A stretch of DNA of 64,000 nucleotides from a bacterium (GTDB taxonomy: Bacteria; UBA10199; JACPAL01; GCA-016699445): positions 484-64,483 of the forward strand of contig DASUFF010000044.1 in the NCBI GenBank assembly GCA_036274695.1. The letters are read 5' to 3'. Within the stretch, counting starts at the first letter, position 1. Each line of letters opens with the position of its first letter. Below the pieces are notes generated by a model. That model was not told the origin of the DNA and searched no databases. It saw nothing but the letters and a program-made list of their open reading frames with translations. Shown here in pieces: positions 34,233 through 43,124 of this stretch. Made by a program: the position numbers and the translations under genes.

Positions 34233-34247
34233 GCGAGGAGGGTCATC

Positions 34248-34703
34248 GTGTCCCGAACGATCTTCTCCCTGCACCTGGCCGCGACGCTCTTCTTGGTCGG
34301 GCTCATTTGGTTCGTTCAGCTCGTCCACTATCCGCTGTTCGATCACGTCACCGCCGCCCTCTCGCCGTCCTACGAGATCGCGCACGTCTGGAAGACCATC
34401 GCGCTGGTGGCGCCGGTGATGTTCGCGGAGGGAGCCACGGGCGTCCTCCTCCTTTGGAAGCGTCCGGAAGGCGTCGGGGCGCCCGCGGTGTGGATCGGGC
34501 TCGTCCTCCTGATCGTGATCTGGTCCTCCAGTTTTTTCTTTCAAGTCCCCCTGCACCGGCTTTTGTCCCAGGGTTTCGACGAGACCGCCCACCGCAGCCT
34601 CGTGGCGACGAATTGGATCCGGACGATCGCGTGGAGCCTGCGCGGGCTTCTCGTGCTTAGGATGAATCGGAAGATGGACGGGGCCCGGGCCTCAGCGGAC
34701 TAA
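34248..34703 (+). CDS. DUF1772-like integral membrane protein
   Basis: Four hydrophobic segments. The pattern F.VQLVHYPLF...W is typical of that family. GTG start. Confidence 0.5.
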   Translation: MSRTIFSLHLAATLFLVGLIWFVQLVHYPLFDHVTAALSPSYEIAHVWKTIALVAPVMFAEGATGVLLLWKRPEGVGAPAVWIGLVLLIVIWSSSFFFQVPLHRLLSQGFDETAHRSLVATNWIRTIAWSLRGLLVLRMNRKMDGARASAD

Positions 34704-36392
34704 CTGGCACCCGCCGCCGCTTCCGCCTCCGCCGCCCGTGGAGGCCGTTCCGCCGCCGGACGCGGACACGGTGATCGTCGCCGAGGCGGCGTTGTCGCCG
34801 GGGCTTAAGTCCCCGATCTGGCCCGAGACGGAGATCGCGTTCACAGCGCTTCCCGCGGAGGAAGGCGTCGCGTTGACGATGACCGTCGCGTCTTCCGACG
34901 GCTCGAGGATGCCCAAATCGCAGACGACCTTCGGGCCGGAGGAGCAGGCGCCGTGCGTCGAAGACGCCGAGGTGACGGTCAAGACCGAAGGAACGGAATC
35001 GACGACCTGCACGCCGTGGGCCGCGAGCGGGCCGTTGTTGACCGCGGTGACGGTGAAGGTCACGGGGGCCCCGTCTCCCACTGTCGCCTCCGTGCGGCTG
35101 GCGAGGACCGAAAGGGAGAGATCGGTTAAGTCCCCCTGAAAGACGACGAGCGTGGCGTCGAACAGGCCCACCGAACCTTCGCGGATGGAGGCGCCGGGAA
35201 CGATCACCCGGCCGTCGTTCAAGACGGCCACGTCCGCGCCGAAATCGGTGTCTCCCGGCGTGACGTCGACGAAGGCGAAGCCGTCGCCGCTGAAGGTCGC
35301 GTCGGGCGTTCCGTTGGCCTCGTAACGAGCGGCGAAGAAGGCGGAATCGCCCCCGGCTGCGTCCACCTCGCCTCCGACGACGATCCGGTCGTCCTTCATG
35401 ATGTCCAACCCCGCCGGCGTCTCCTTGGTGACGCCCGGGATGTCGGAGATGACCTTGCCGTCCGCGTCGAAGTCGTTGTCGACGCCGCCTTCCGCGGTAA
35501 AGCGCAGCAGGCAGAGGCGGTTGTTGCCTCCGACCCGCGTCGAAGCGACGACGACGATGCGTCCGTCGGATTGGAAGCCGAAGTCCGAGGGGGAATCGTC
35601 GTCGTTGCAGAAATTGAAGGTGAAACCGCCCGTTCCGAAATCCGTGTCCGGCGACCCGTCTGCGAGGAGGCGCACGACGGCGTCGACGTCGTCGGCCTTC
35701 GAGACGGCGACGATGCGGCCTTCGGCGTCCACGCCCAAGGCGCGCAGACCGACCGTCGACGCGGGGCCGACTTTACTGGCGACCGTTCCGCCGACGCCGA
35801 AACCGGCGTCCAAGACGCCTTCCGGCGTGTAACGGGTGACGGTGAATTCGTCCGCCGCGCCGTTGTTTCCGATCAGGATGTTGCCGTCCTGGTCCAGGGC
35901 GATGGCGAAGCCCGGAGAGGGAAAGATGACGCCGTCTTCCCCGAAATTTGAGTCGCGCGTGCCGTCGGTGTTGTAGCGCGCGACGATGTTCTCGAAGGTC
36001 AAGCCGTCCATTCCGAATCCGACCCCCACGATCTTCCCGTCCGGTTGGACCAGCAGGCGCGTCAGCTCTTCCGGGCCGGGGTCCAAGATGCTGTCGGCCA
36101 CGACGCCGTCCGTGCCGAAGGCGGCGTCCAAGACTCCGTCGGTCGTCGTGTGCATCAGAAGAAAGTCGCGCGTGCCTCCCTGGCCCGTTTCCCCGATCGC
36201 TCCCCCGGCCAAAATCCGGCCGGAAGGAAGAGGGAAGGCGGTGTCGGCGTTCGAAAAATCGGCCAATTCCAGCCGGAGGATGCCGCCGTCCCCGAAGGCC
36301 GGGTCCAGGTCGCCCGGAGCGGCGAAGGCCGGCGGGACGCAAACGGCGACGAGAACCACGGAGATAAAAATGCGACGCACGATGCGAGCCAT
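34692..36392 (-). CDS. exported delta-60-repeat (beta-propeller) protein with a DUF11-like domain and Gly-rich tail
   Basis: Signal peptide ending PAFAAPG. Seven D-x-x-F-G-x-x-G units (LDPAFGDGG, LDAAFGTDG, RDSNFGEDG, LDAGFGVGG, PDTDFGTGG, VDNDFDADG, PDATFSGDG). C-terminal tail GGGGGSGGGCQLVR. Confidence 0.75.
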   Translation of the reverse strand: MARIVRRIFISVVLVAVCVPPAFAAPGDLDPAFGDGGILRLELADFSNADTAFPLPSGRILAGGAIGETGQGGTRDFLLMHTTTDGVLDAAFGTDGVVADSILDPGPEELTRLLVQPDGKIVGVGFGMDGLTFENIVARYNTDGTRDSNFGEDGVIFPSPGFAIALDQDGNILIGNNGAADEFTVTRYTPEGVLDAGFGVGGTVASKVGPASTVGLRALGVDAEGRIVAVSKADDVDAVVRLLADGSPDTDFGTGGFTFNFCNDDDSPSDFGFQSDGRIVVVASTRVGGNNRLCLLRFTAEGGVDNDFDADGKVISDIPGVTKETPAGLDIMKDDRIVVGGEVDAAGGDSAFFAARYEANGTPDATFSGDGFAFVDVTPGDTDFGADVAVLNDGRVIVPGASIREGSVGLFDATLVVFQGDLTDLSLSVLASRTEATVGDGAPVTFTVTAVNNGPLAAHGVQVVDSVPSVLTVTSASSTHGACSSGPKVVCDLGILEPSEDATVIVNATPSSAGSAVNAISVSGQIGDLSPGDNAASATITVSASGGGTASTGGGGGSGGGCQLVR

Positions 36393-36579
36393 GAGTCCTC
36401 CTTAAGCAATCGTTGGTAGGAAGCCAAACATAGCGGGTCGCAAACGGGCGCACAACCACTTCGGAGAAAAAGTATTTTCTTCGTGTTACCGACTGAATAC
36501 GGAAAGTCCCTCCGCTCGCCGTCTCTCCTTGAAATCCCGACGGCACTCGGGCTCCAATGAATGAAGGCAAAGGAAAACC

Positions 36580-38121
36580 ATGAAAAAAACGCATTTTCTC
36601 GCCGTCATCGCCCTGGCTTCGACGCTGACGGGGCTCGGCTGCGGGCAGGAGACCCTGACCGGGGCGCTGATCGACGGGCCGGTTCAAGGCATTTCGTATG
36701 AAACGGAGAGCGAAGCCGGCGTCACCGACGAGGAGGGCGCCTTCCGATTTCATCAAGACGAGACCGTCCGGTTCTTTTTGGGGGACATCGATCTGGGCAC
36801 GGTCTCCGGCGAGATGGTCGTCACTCCCTTCGACCTGGCGGGGATCGAGCCTCTGACGAACGCGCGGGAGATCCGGGCGATGTTCCACCAAGTCCTCAAC
36901 CGGCACTCCCATCCCTTCGAGCGCGCGGCCAACATCAGCTTGTTCCTGCAAAACAGCGATCGGGACCAGGATCCTTCCAACAGCATCGTCGTGCCCGAGG
37001 GGATGGCGGAGCTGACCTCGGGCGTCAGCCTTCCCTTCGACGAGAATTTCAGGTTTTTCCCGCACAATCCAAGCCTTCGCGGTTTCATCAACGCCGGCGC
37101 CGCCGCCGGCTTGTTCACGGCGGGGCCTTTCGAGACGGATTATCCCAACGCCCTCGACCACCTGTACGCTTCGCTGGGGCTGACGCCGGGGATCTACCGC
37201 AGCGTGGGTTCGCGTTTCGACGCGGACGGAGACGGCGTCTTCGACCAGATCCGCCATACCACCTACAACGCCGCCGGGCTGAAAGAACGGCAGGAGCTCG
37301 ATACGGACGGTGACGGGACGGCGGACCGCGTGGAACGTTTCACCTACGACGCGCGCAACCGTCTCACACACACCGAGGAGGATACGGACAACGACGGGAC
37401 CTTCGACGTTCTGGCGGACTTGACCTACGACGCCTCCGGGCGGCTGATCCTGACGGAGGTGGACGACGACGCCGACGGCGCACCGGATTCCGTCACCGCG
37501 CACGAATACGACGCGTTGGGGAACGAGGTCCGCACGGTCCGGGACGACGACGGCGACGGGACGACCGACCGGGTCGAGGAGTTCGCCTACGACGAAAACG
37601 GCAACCCGACGTTCTTTAAGGTGGACGTGGACGGCGACGGGACGTTCGATTCCTCGACGACGTCGACCTATGATGCGAACCACAACCAGCTCACGAGCGC
37701 GACGGACTCCGACAACGACGGAGCGGTGAACTCCACCTCCGCGACCGCCTACGACGAAAACAACAACCGTCTGCGCTCGGAAAACGATTTCGACGCGGAC
37801 GGAGTTCCGGACTTAGTCACCGTTTTCTCCTACGACGCCGCGGGCAACCAGATCAGCTCGGAGACGGACTTAAACGGGGACGGGACGACCGACCGGATGG
37901 TCACCCGCGCCTACGACGATGTGGGCAATCCCATCCTCACGGAGGAGGACACCGACAACGACGGCACGATCGACCGGCGCTCGACGGAGGAGATCAACGC
38001 CTTCGGATATCCCGTCCGGTTCGTCAGTGACGACGACGCCGACGGGACCCCCGATTCCGTGAGCGAGCTCGATTACGAGTTGGGCAACTGGCAGGCCTTC
38101 TTCGTGGAGTTCTTCGATTGA
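36580..38121 (+). CDS. probable lipoprotein with 11 tandem YD / DxDxDG repeats
   Basis: N-terminus MKKTHFLAVIALASTLTGLGC. Repeats of about 24-26 aa combine a Ca-binding-type DxDxDG with YDxxGN (RHS/YD-like). Confidence 0.75.
   Translation: MKKTHFLAVIALASTLTGLGCGQETLTGALIDGPVQGISYETESEAGVTDEEGAFRFHQDETVRFFLGDIDLGTVSGEMVVTPFDLAGIEPLTNAREIRAMFHQVLNRHSHPFERAANISLFLQNSDRDQDPSNSIVVPEGMAELTSGVSLPFDENFRFFPHNPSLRGFINAGAAAGLFTAGPFETDYPNALDHLYASLGLTPGIYRSVGSRFDADGDGVFDQIRHTTYNAAGLKERQELDTDGDGTADRVERFTYDARNRLTHTEEDTDNDGTFDVLADLTYDASGRLILTEVDDDADGAPDSVTAHEYDALGNEVRTVRDDDGDGTTDRVEEFAYDENGNPTFFKVDVDGDGTFDSSTTSTYDANHNQLTSATDSDNDGAVNSTSATAYDENNNRLRSENDFDADGVPDLVTVFSYDAAGNQISSETDLNGDGTTDRMVTRAYDDVGNPILTEEDTDNDGTIDRRSTEEINAFGYPVRFVSDDDADGTPDSVSELDYELGNWQAFFVEFFD
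37219..38076 (+). repeat. coding tandem repeat region (11 units of about 72-78 nt)
   Basis: DADGDG, DTDGDG, DTDNDG, DDDADG, DDDGDG, DVDGDG, DSDNDG, DFDADG, DLNGDG, DTDNDG, DDDADG, each followed by xxYDxxGN. Counted in the translation. Confidence 0.75.
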
Positions 38122-38131
38122 GGGCGGCGAG

Positions 38132-40006
38132 TTAAACCGTCCGGCTGACCAGGGTGTACTGGAACCGGGACAATTCGCTCCGCAGCGCGCGGTAGAGCGC
38201 CTCCGGGATCTCGATGTAGACCTGGCGGCGGTAGCGCCGCAGGTGTTTGAGCAGGAGGCGGGTCTGTTCGGCGCCGGATTCCTTGAAGGCGCGCAGGTCG
38301 ATGACGACCTCCTCGTGCGTCTTCCTCAAGGTCTTCCGAAGGGCCTTGGAGAGATTCAGGACCTTTTTCATCTCCATCGCCCCCTTCAATTCGACGCGCA
38401 GACGGTCGATCCCGTCCCACGCCGCGATCTTGAGCGAGACGCCCTCCAATCCGTCCCGTGCGCGGAGCAAGAAGGCTTGAAGCTTGAGACGCGCCGTTTC
38501 CACGCGGGTCGCCGTTTTGTCGAAATGGCGCACGCGGTAGCTCTTCAGCGACAGGGCGGCGATCCAGTCGGTGATGATCACAGCGAGCGTCTTCGGGTTC
38601 CGGGCGGCGGAGAGGCAGGAACGCAGGAAATACGCGATCCGTCTCGGGCCTCCGGGCAGGATGCCGTGGAGCATCAGGCCGGAGGCGTAGGAAAACTTCT
38701 GACGGAAGCTCAAGTGTGGAGACGTAAGCGGGTGTTTCAGGTGCTTCAACTTGTTGCGGATACGTTCGTAGATGGCGCGATCGTCGGTCAGGCGGCGCTG
38801 GAGGTCTTCGTAGCCGACGATCAGCTCCTCCTGCGACATCTGGAGCGGGATGACGTTGGTGAACGGGCGCGTGTTGTCCGGCGCAGCCTCCTGCCGCAAG
38901 CGCCCGGCCTTGTGCAGCCTCTCGAAGAGAGGCGTCTTGGGCAGGGCGCAAAGCAGGGCGACCATCGAGACGACGATGCCGGAGTTGACGATGAAGTGAT
39001 ATTGGCGCTCGAAGATCGTCTTGTCGTCGTGGTCGAAGCCGACGATGAAGCCGGCGAAGATGTCGATGCCGTGTGCGTAGACCGTCCGGATGGAGGTCAG
39101 CAGATCGCTTCGAAGATTCTGGTTCTTCAGCGTCTCCTTCAAGCTCTCCTCGTTCGGCGTCTCGATGCCGATGAAGACCCACTCGAAGTTGGCCTTTTGG
39201 AAGAGGCTCATCAGCTCGGCGTCGCCCGTCATGTTGATGGAGGCCTCGGTGCCGAAGCTGAAGCGGTAATCGTGCCGCTTCTGGTAGTCCGCGAGGAAGG
39301 CCAGGAGCTCCTTGGCCTTGTGGATGTGGCCGATCAAATTGTCGTCCACGAAAAAGACGCTGGTGACGCCGCGGCTTCTCAGCATGTCCAGTTCGCGCTC
39401 CACCTGCTCCAGGGATTTCGTGCGGGGCTTGCGGCCGAACATGACGATGATGTCGCAGAATTCGCATCGAAAAGGGCAGCCGCGGGAGAATTGCAGGGAA
39501 ACCTTTTGGTAGAGGTCCGTGTTGAGAAGGTCGTAGCGCGGCGCGGGGGAGTCGGTCAGATCCACTTCCCCCGTCTCCTGATACAGGGCCCGGGGCGAAC
39601 CGGCGGCGAAGTCGGCGCAGAATTTGGGCCAGATGTATTCCGACTCCCCGGCGATGACGGCGTCGGCCAAGCCTTCGTAATCCTCCGGACACAGCGAGGC
39701 GTAGGAGCCTCCGGCGACGACGAAGATCCCGCGCTTCTTGAAATGCTCCAGGATCTCCTTCTGGCGGGGGACCTGGACGCCCATGCCGCAGACGCCCACC
39801 ACATCGGCCTCGAAATCCCAGTCGATGGGCTCGACGTTCTCGTCGATCAAGGCGATGTCCCAATCCGCGGGCGTGAGGGCGGCCAGCGTCGCCAATCCCA
39901 GGGGGGAATTGACGGCCTTTTTGTCCTTGGCGACGTTGTCCAACACCCACGTGAAGCTCCAGAAGCTCTCGGGAAACTTGGGATTGATGAGCAGGAGGCG
40001 GGGCAC
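38132..40006 (-). CDS. B12-binding radical SAM enzyme (DUF4070-type) with a roughly 110-aa C-terminal STAS-like extension
   Basis: MPRLLLINP...GGSYAS (B12-like domain), SRGCPFRCEFC (radical SAM cluster) and a DUF4070-like region. The tail VVIDLRAFKESGAEQTRLLLKHLRRYRRQVYIEIPEALYRALRSELSRFQYTLV follows the STAS pattern. Confidence 0.75.
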   Translation of the reverse strand: MPRLLLINPKFPESFWSFTWVLDNVAKDKKAVNSPLGLATLAALTPADWDIALIDENVEPIDWDFEADVVGVCGMGVQVPRQKEILEHFKKRGIFVVAGGSYASLCPEDYEGLADAVIAGESEYIWPKFCADFAAGSPRALYQETGEVDLTDSPAPRYDLLNTDLYQKVSLQFSRGCPFRCEFCDIIVMFGRKPRTKSLEQVERELDMLRSRGVTSVFFVDDNLIGHIHKAKELLAFLADYQKRHDYRFSFGTEASINMTGDAELMSLFQKANFEWVFIGIETPNEESLKETLKNQNLRSDLLTSIRTVYAHGIDIFAGFIVGFDHDDKTIFERQYHFIVNSGIVVSMVALLCALPKTPLFERLHKAGRLRQEAAPDNTRPFTNVIPLQMSQEELIVGYEDLQRRLTDDRAIYERIRNKLKHLKHPLTSPHLSFRQKFSYASGLMLHGILPGGPRRIAYFLRSCLSAARNPKTLAVIITDWIAALSLKSYRVRHFDKTATRVETARLKLQAFLLRARDGLEGVSLKIAAWDGIDRLRVELKGAMEMKKVLNLSKALRKTLRKTHEEVVIDLRAFKESGAEQTRLLLKHLRRYRRQVYIEIPEALYRALRSELSRFQYTLVSRTV

Positions 40007-40672
40007 CGGGCAAGTTTCCCACGATCCCCCGGGAGCGGCAAGAACATTGGCAACAAAACCGAGTTACGGCCGAAGACACGCCATGCCTTTTTCCACATCG
40101 CCCGTTTCGGTTCCCTTGAGTTTCCTGGATGTTTGGCGCCCTCTGCCGACTTTAGGAACCTTTTCCTTTCCGGCACCGACGTCGGGCTCTCCGACCCAGC
40201 TCACCCGCCAAACCGTCCCGGCCTTCATTGACACCTTTGGCGACTTGATGGAAGGCGCGGAGCGCACCTGGGGAAATCGCCCCTCCGGAGCGTGGACCCT
40301 CGAGGAGTTGGTGCATTGGGACTTTGCGGAAATCTTAACCGGCGCCCTTTCCGCCGTCCCCTCCTAGCCTTCCTTTTCCTTTCCTTCCGTCTGACGGTGG
40401 AACTGATGAACCAGCCAGGGCTCGTGCCGCCTCATGCGGTGCATCAGAAAAAGGAAGAAGGAGCAAATGCCGTCGATCCGGATGATCGACCATGAATTTT
40501 TAAGCGTGATCGTTTCCATGATGAGAATCCTACGCGAACCGGAAAATTCCGAATATCGGGCGGGCTCCGATTTTAGGATGGGGGAGAAGCCTACGGGGAT
40601 CGGGGATTTTTCGCGCCGCGCTCGGGGATTCCCCTATCCCGTTTTCAGGAAGGAAGAGGGGGGCTTGACGAT

Positions 40673-40701
40673 TTGGCAGTTCATGCCTTTCGTGGTATAA
40701 G
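40673..40701 (+). promoter_or_regulatory. sigma-70 promoter TTGGCA-N17-TATAAG
   Basis: Read directly from the sequence, about 100 nt upstream of the sigma factor ATG at 40804. Confidence 0.5.
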
Positions 40702-40803
40702 GGTCATCCAAAAGGGGGACGTTTTTTAAGTCCGGTCGTTCGCAGTACCTTCTCGCCTGAAGTGCCGTCTCTGCCCTCACCGGAAGTAAAAGCGTTGCAA
40801 CAT

Positions 40804-41754
40804 ATGAAAACCATTAAGAAAACTCCGCTCGGAGGAGAGGAGATCCTCGCCCCGTACCTGAAGGAATTGGGCGCGAGGGACCTGCTCACGCACGAGGAGG
40901 AGATCGCGCTCGCCAAGAGGATCGAGCAGGAGAAAAAAATTCCGAAGCTCGCGGCCAAGCGGCGGCGTTTCGCCAAGCGGGGAATCGCGCGCAAGCTCGG
41001 GTGCGAAATCCGCCGGATCCGCCAGGACGTGCACGAGGCCAAGCAGGAGATGATCCGGAAAAACCTGCGTCTCGTGATCAGCGTGGCGAAGCGTTACGGA
41101 AACGCGGGGTTGCCGCTGCCGGACCTGATCCAGGAAGGCAACATCGGGTTGATGCGCGCGGTGGAGAAGTTCGACTACCGTATGGGGACGCGTTTCGCGA
41201 CGTACGCCGTGTGGTGGATCCGCCAGTCCATCACGCGCACGCTGTCCAACCGTTCGCGCACGATCAGGATTCCGGTGCACATCTTAGCGGCCCAGTCCAA
41301 GCTGGCGCGGACCTCGCGCTCCCTTCTCCATGAGCTGGGCCGCGAGCCCACGCCGGAGGAATGCGCCGAGGAGATGCGGCTGACGGCGGAGAGGATCGAG
41401 ACGATCTCGCACACGGTGGCCCAGCCGGTCTCCCTGGAGAAGCCGGTCGGCGAGGACGGGGACGCGGTTTTGGGCGAATTCATCGCCGATCCCAACGCGC
41501 CGAATCCGGGCGAAGTGTTGATTCAGAACCGCGTGTCCGAGAGGGTGATGCAGGTCTTGGGAACGCTCACGCCCCGCGAGGAGAAGATCCTGCGCCTGCG
41601 CTTCGGCATCGGCGAGGACCAGGAGCACACCTTGGAAGAGGTGGGAAAGACCTTCCGCGTGACCCGGGAACGCATCCGGCAGATCGAGGAGAAGGCGCTC
41701 AAGAAGCTCGGGCGCGGGTTCCGGGGCGAGAGGTTGAAGGCTATCCTCGAGTGA
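40804..41754 (+). CDS. RNA polymerase sigma factor, RpoD/sigma-70 family (short, no long region 1.1)
   Basis: Region 2: NLRLVISVAKRY...DLIQEGNIGLMRAVEKFDYRMGTRFATYAVWWIRQSI. Regions 3 and 4: TLEEVGKTFRVTRERIRQIEEKALKKL. A GTG at 40762 is an alternative start. Confidence 0.88.
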   Translation: MKTIKKTPLGGEEILAPYLKELGARDLLTHEEEIALAKRIEQEKKIPKLAAKRRRFAKRGIARKLGCEIRRIRQDVHEAKQEMIRKNLRLVISVAKRYGNAGLPLPDLIQEGNIGLMRAVEKFDYRMGTRFATYAVWWIRQSITRTLSNRSRTIRIPVHILAAQSKLARTSRSLLHELGREPTPEECAEEMRLTAERIETISHTVAQPVSLEKPVGEDGDAVLGEFIADPNAPNPGEVLIQNRVSERVMQVLGTLTPREEKILRLRFGIGEDQEHTLEEVGKTFRVTRERIRQIEEKALKKLGRGFRGERLKAILE

Positions 41755-41780
41755 GTTACAGTGAAAAAGAGAGGTGCGCG

Positions 41781-42176
41781 ATGAAACCCGAACTGAAGCT
41801 ATGGACCAATAAGGCCAAGGCTGTCCTGCAGGATAAGGAGAGGCTGGAAAGCTTTCTCAAGGAGGCCGTGGTCAAGGCGGACCGCAACAAGTCCAAGATC
41901 CGCCGGGTCTGGTCCCATCTCAAGGCGCTGGCGCGGATGATCCGGGCGTGGGCGAAGGGCGAGTACCGCCGCGTGCCCGCGAGCACGCTCGTGGCGGCGG
42001 CCGCCGCCCTCGTGTATTTCCTAAATCCCTTCGACCTCGTGCCGGATTTCCTGCCCGTGGGGTTGATCGACGACGCCCTTTTCATCGGCTGGGTGCTGAG
42101 CGCGATCCAGACCGACGTCGAAAAATTCCTCGACTGGGAGCGGACGATCCCCGTCACCGCCGAAAACGTCGAATAG
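41781..42176 (+). CDS. YkvA/DUF1232-family membrane protein
   Basis: YFLNPFDLVPDFLPVGLIDDA is the DUF1232 signature. The longer track ORF from 41361 is shadow sequence inside the sigma gene. Confidence 0.7.
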   Translation: MKPELKLWTNKAKAVLQDKERLESFLKEAVVKADRNKSKIRRVWSHLKALARMIRAWAKGEYRRVPASTLVAAAAALVYFLNPFDLVPDFLPVGLIDDALFIGWVLSAIQTDVEKFLDWERTIPVTAENVE

Positions 42177-43076
42177 TCAGCCCTCGCGAAACGAGACCTT
42201 GTTCGCCTTCAGGAAGGCCTTGATCGGATCGATGTGGATGCAGCGCCCGACGTGCAGGAAGGCGTTGTCGGAGACGGTGACGCTTTTGCCCAGCTTGTAG
42301 ACTTCCTCGTGGATGTCGAATCCCAGGTAGAGATGCCCGGTGGCGAACTGCACGCCCCACACCTTGCCGTCGGCGTCGAAGACGGGGCCGCCGCTCTGGC
42401 CGCGCAGCCCCGGCGTGCTCATCTCGAACCCGGAAATGCCGCCCCCGTTTTGGCCCTCGCCGTTTCCCGATTGGAGGACCAGGCGCGTGACCATGCCCTC
42501 GATGGGAAAGAGAGGCGTGTGCAGTCGGCCTTCCTGCGTCCATTCGATGGCGTCCTTCTCGTCGTCATAACGGTAATTGGTGAAGTCCGGAAAAGGGTAG
42601 CCGAGACGGCAGAGCATCCGGCCCGGCTTAAGGCCGGCGGTTTGAGCCGGGAAGGAAGGGAAGTTCTCGCACAAAAGCCTGCCGCTGGAGAACTTGATGA
42701 GCGCCAGGTCCAGTTTTTCGTGCGGGATGATTTTGACGTCGAGCTTGCCGTCCATGCAGTTGACGAAATTGTTCCGGATCTCCACGGTGATCCGCTCCGA
42801 GTAGCCGTATTTTTTCTCCAAATCCTTCACCGCCGCCCGGCGCTTGCGGACGATCATGTCGTGCGCCTCCTTCAGGAACTGGCGGTAGCGGCGGTTGACC
42901 TTGTCGGAGTTCGACACCAATTCGGTGACGTGTTTGCAGGTCAGCGCCCAGCCGTCCTCGTTGACGAAGAAGAGGGACGCGCAGACGGGGTGGACCTTGG
43001 TGGTGCCGTAGTTTCGGGTGATCGTGTGGATGGGGCGGACGAATTTGGCGACGGTTTCGATGGCCTCGACGAACAT
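42177..43076 (-). CDS. trypsin-like (S1/PA-clan) serine peptidase domain protein, no signal peptide seen
   Basis: His context ALTCKHV and Ser context LRGQSGGPVFD. Confidence 0.65.
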   Translation of the reverse strand: MFVEAIETVAKFVRPIHTITRNYGTTKVHPVCASLFFVNEDGWALTCKHVTELVSNSDKVNRRYRQFLKEAHDMIVRKRRAAVKDLEKKYGYSERITVEIRNNFVNCMDGKLDVKIIPHEKLDLALIKFSSGRLLCENFPSFPAQTAGLKPGRMLCRLGYPFPDFTNYRYDDEKDAIEWTQEGRLHTPLFPIEGMVTRLVLQSGNGEGQNGGGISGFEMSTPGLRGQSGGPVFDADGKVWGVQFATGHLYLGFDIHEEVYKLGKSVTVSDNAFLHVGRCIHIDPIKAFLKANKVSFREG

Positions 43077-43124
43077 GGGGTTCCCTGTTTACAAGCCGCT
43101 CATCATATCACGAAGGATCCCTGA

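Noticed and set aside
34692-34760. MYXO-CTERM-like sorting signal (Gly-rich tract with an invariant Cys, GGGGGSGGGCQLVR)
   Set aside because: The reading frame stops 4 residues after the Cys. No frame downstream encodes the hydrophobic segment and basic tail required for that signal. It could be a decayed signal, but this cannot be shown from here.
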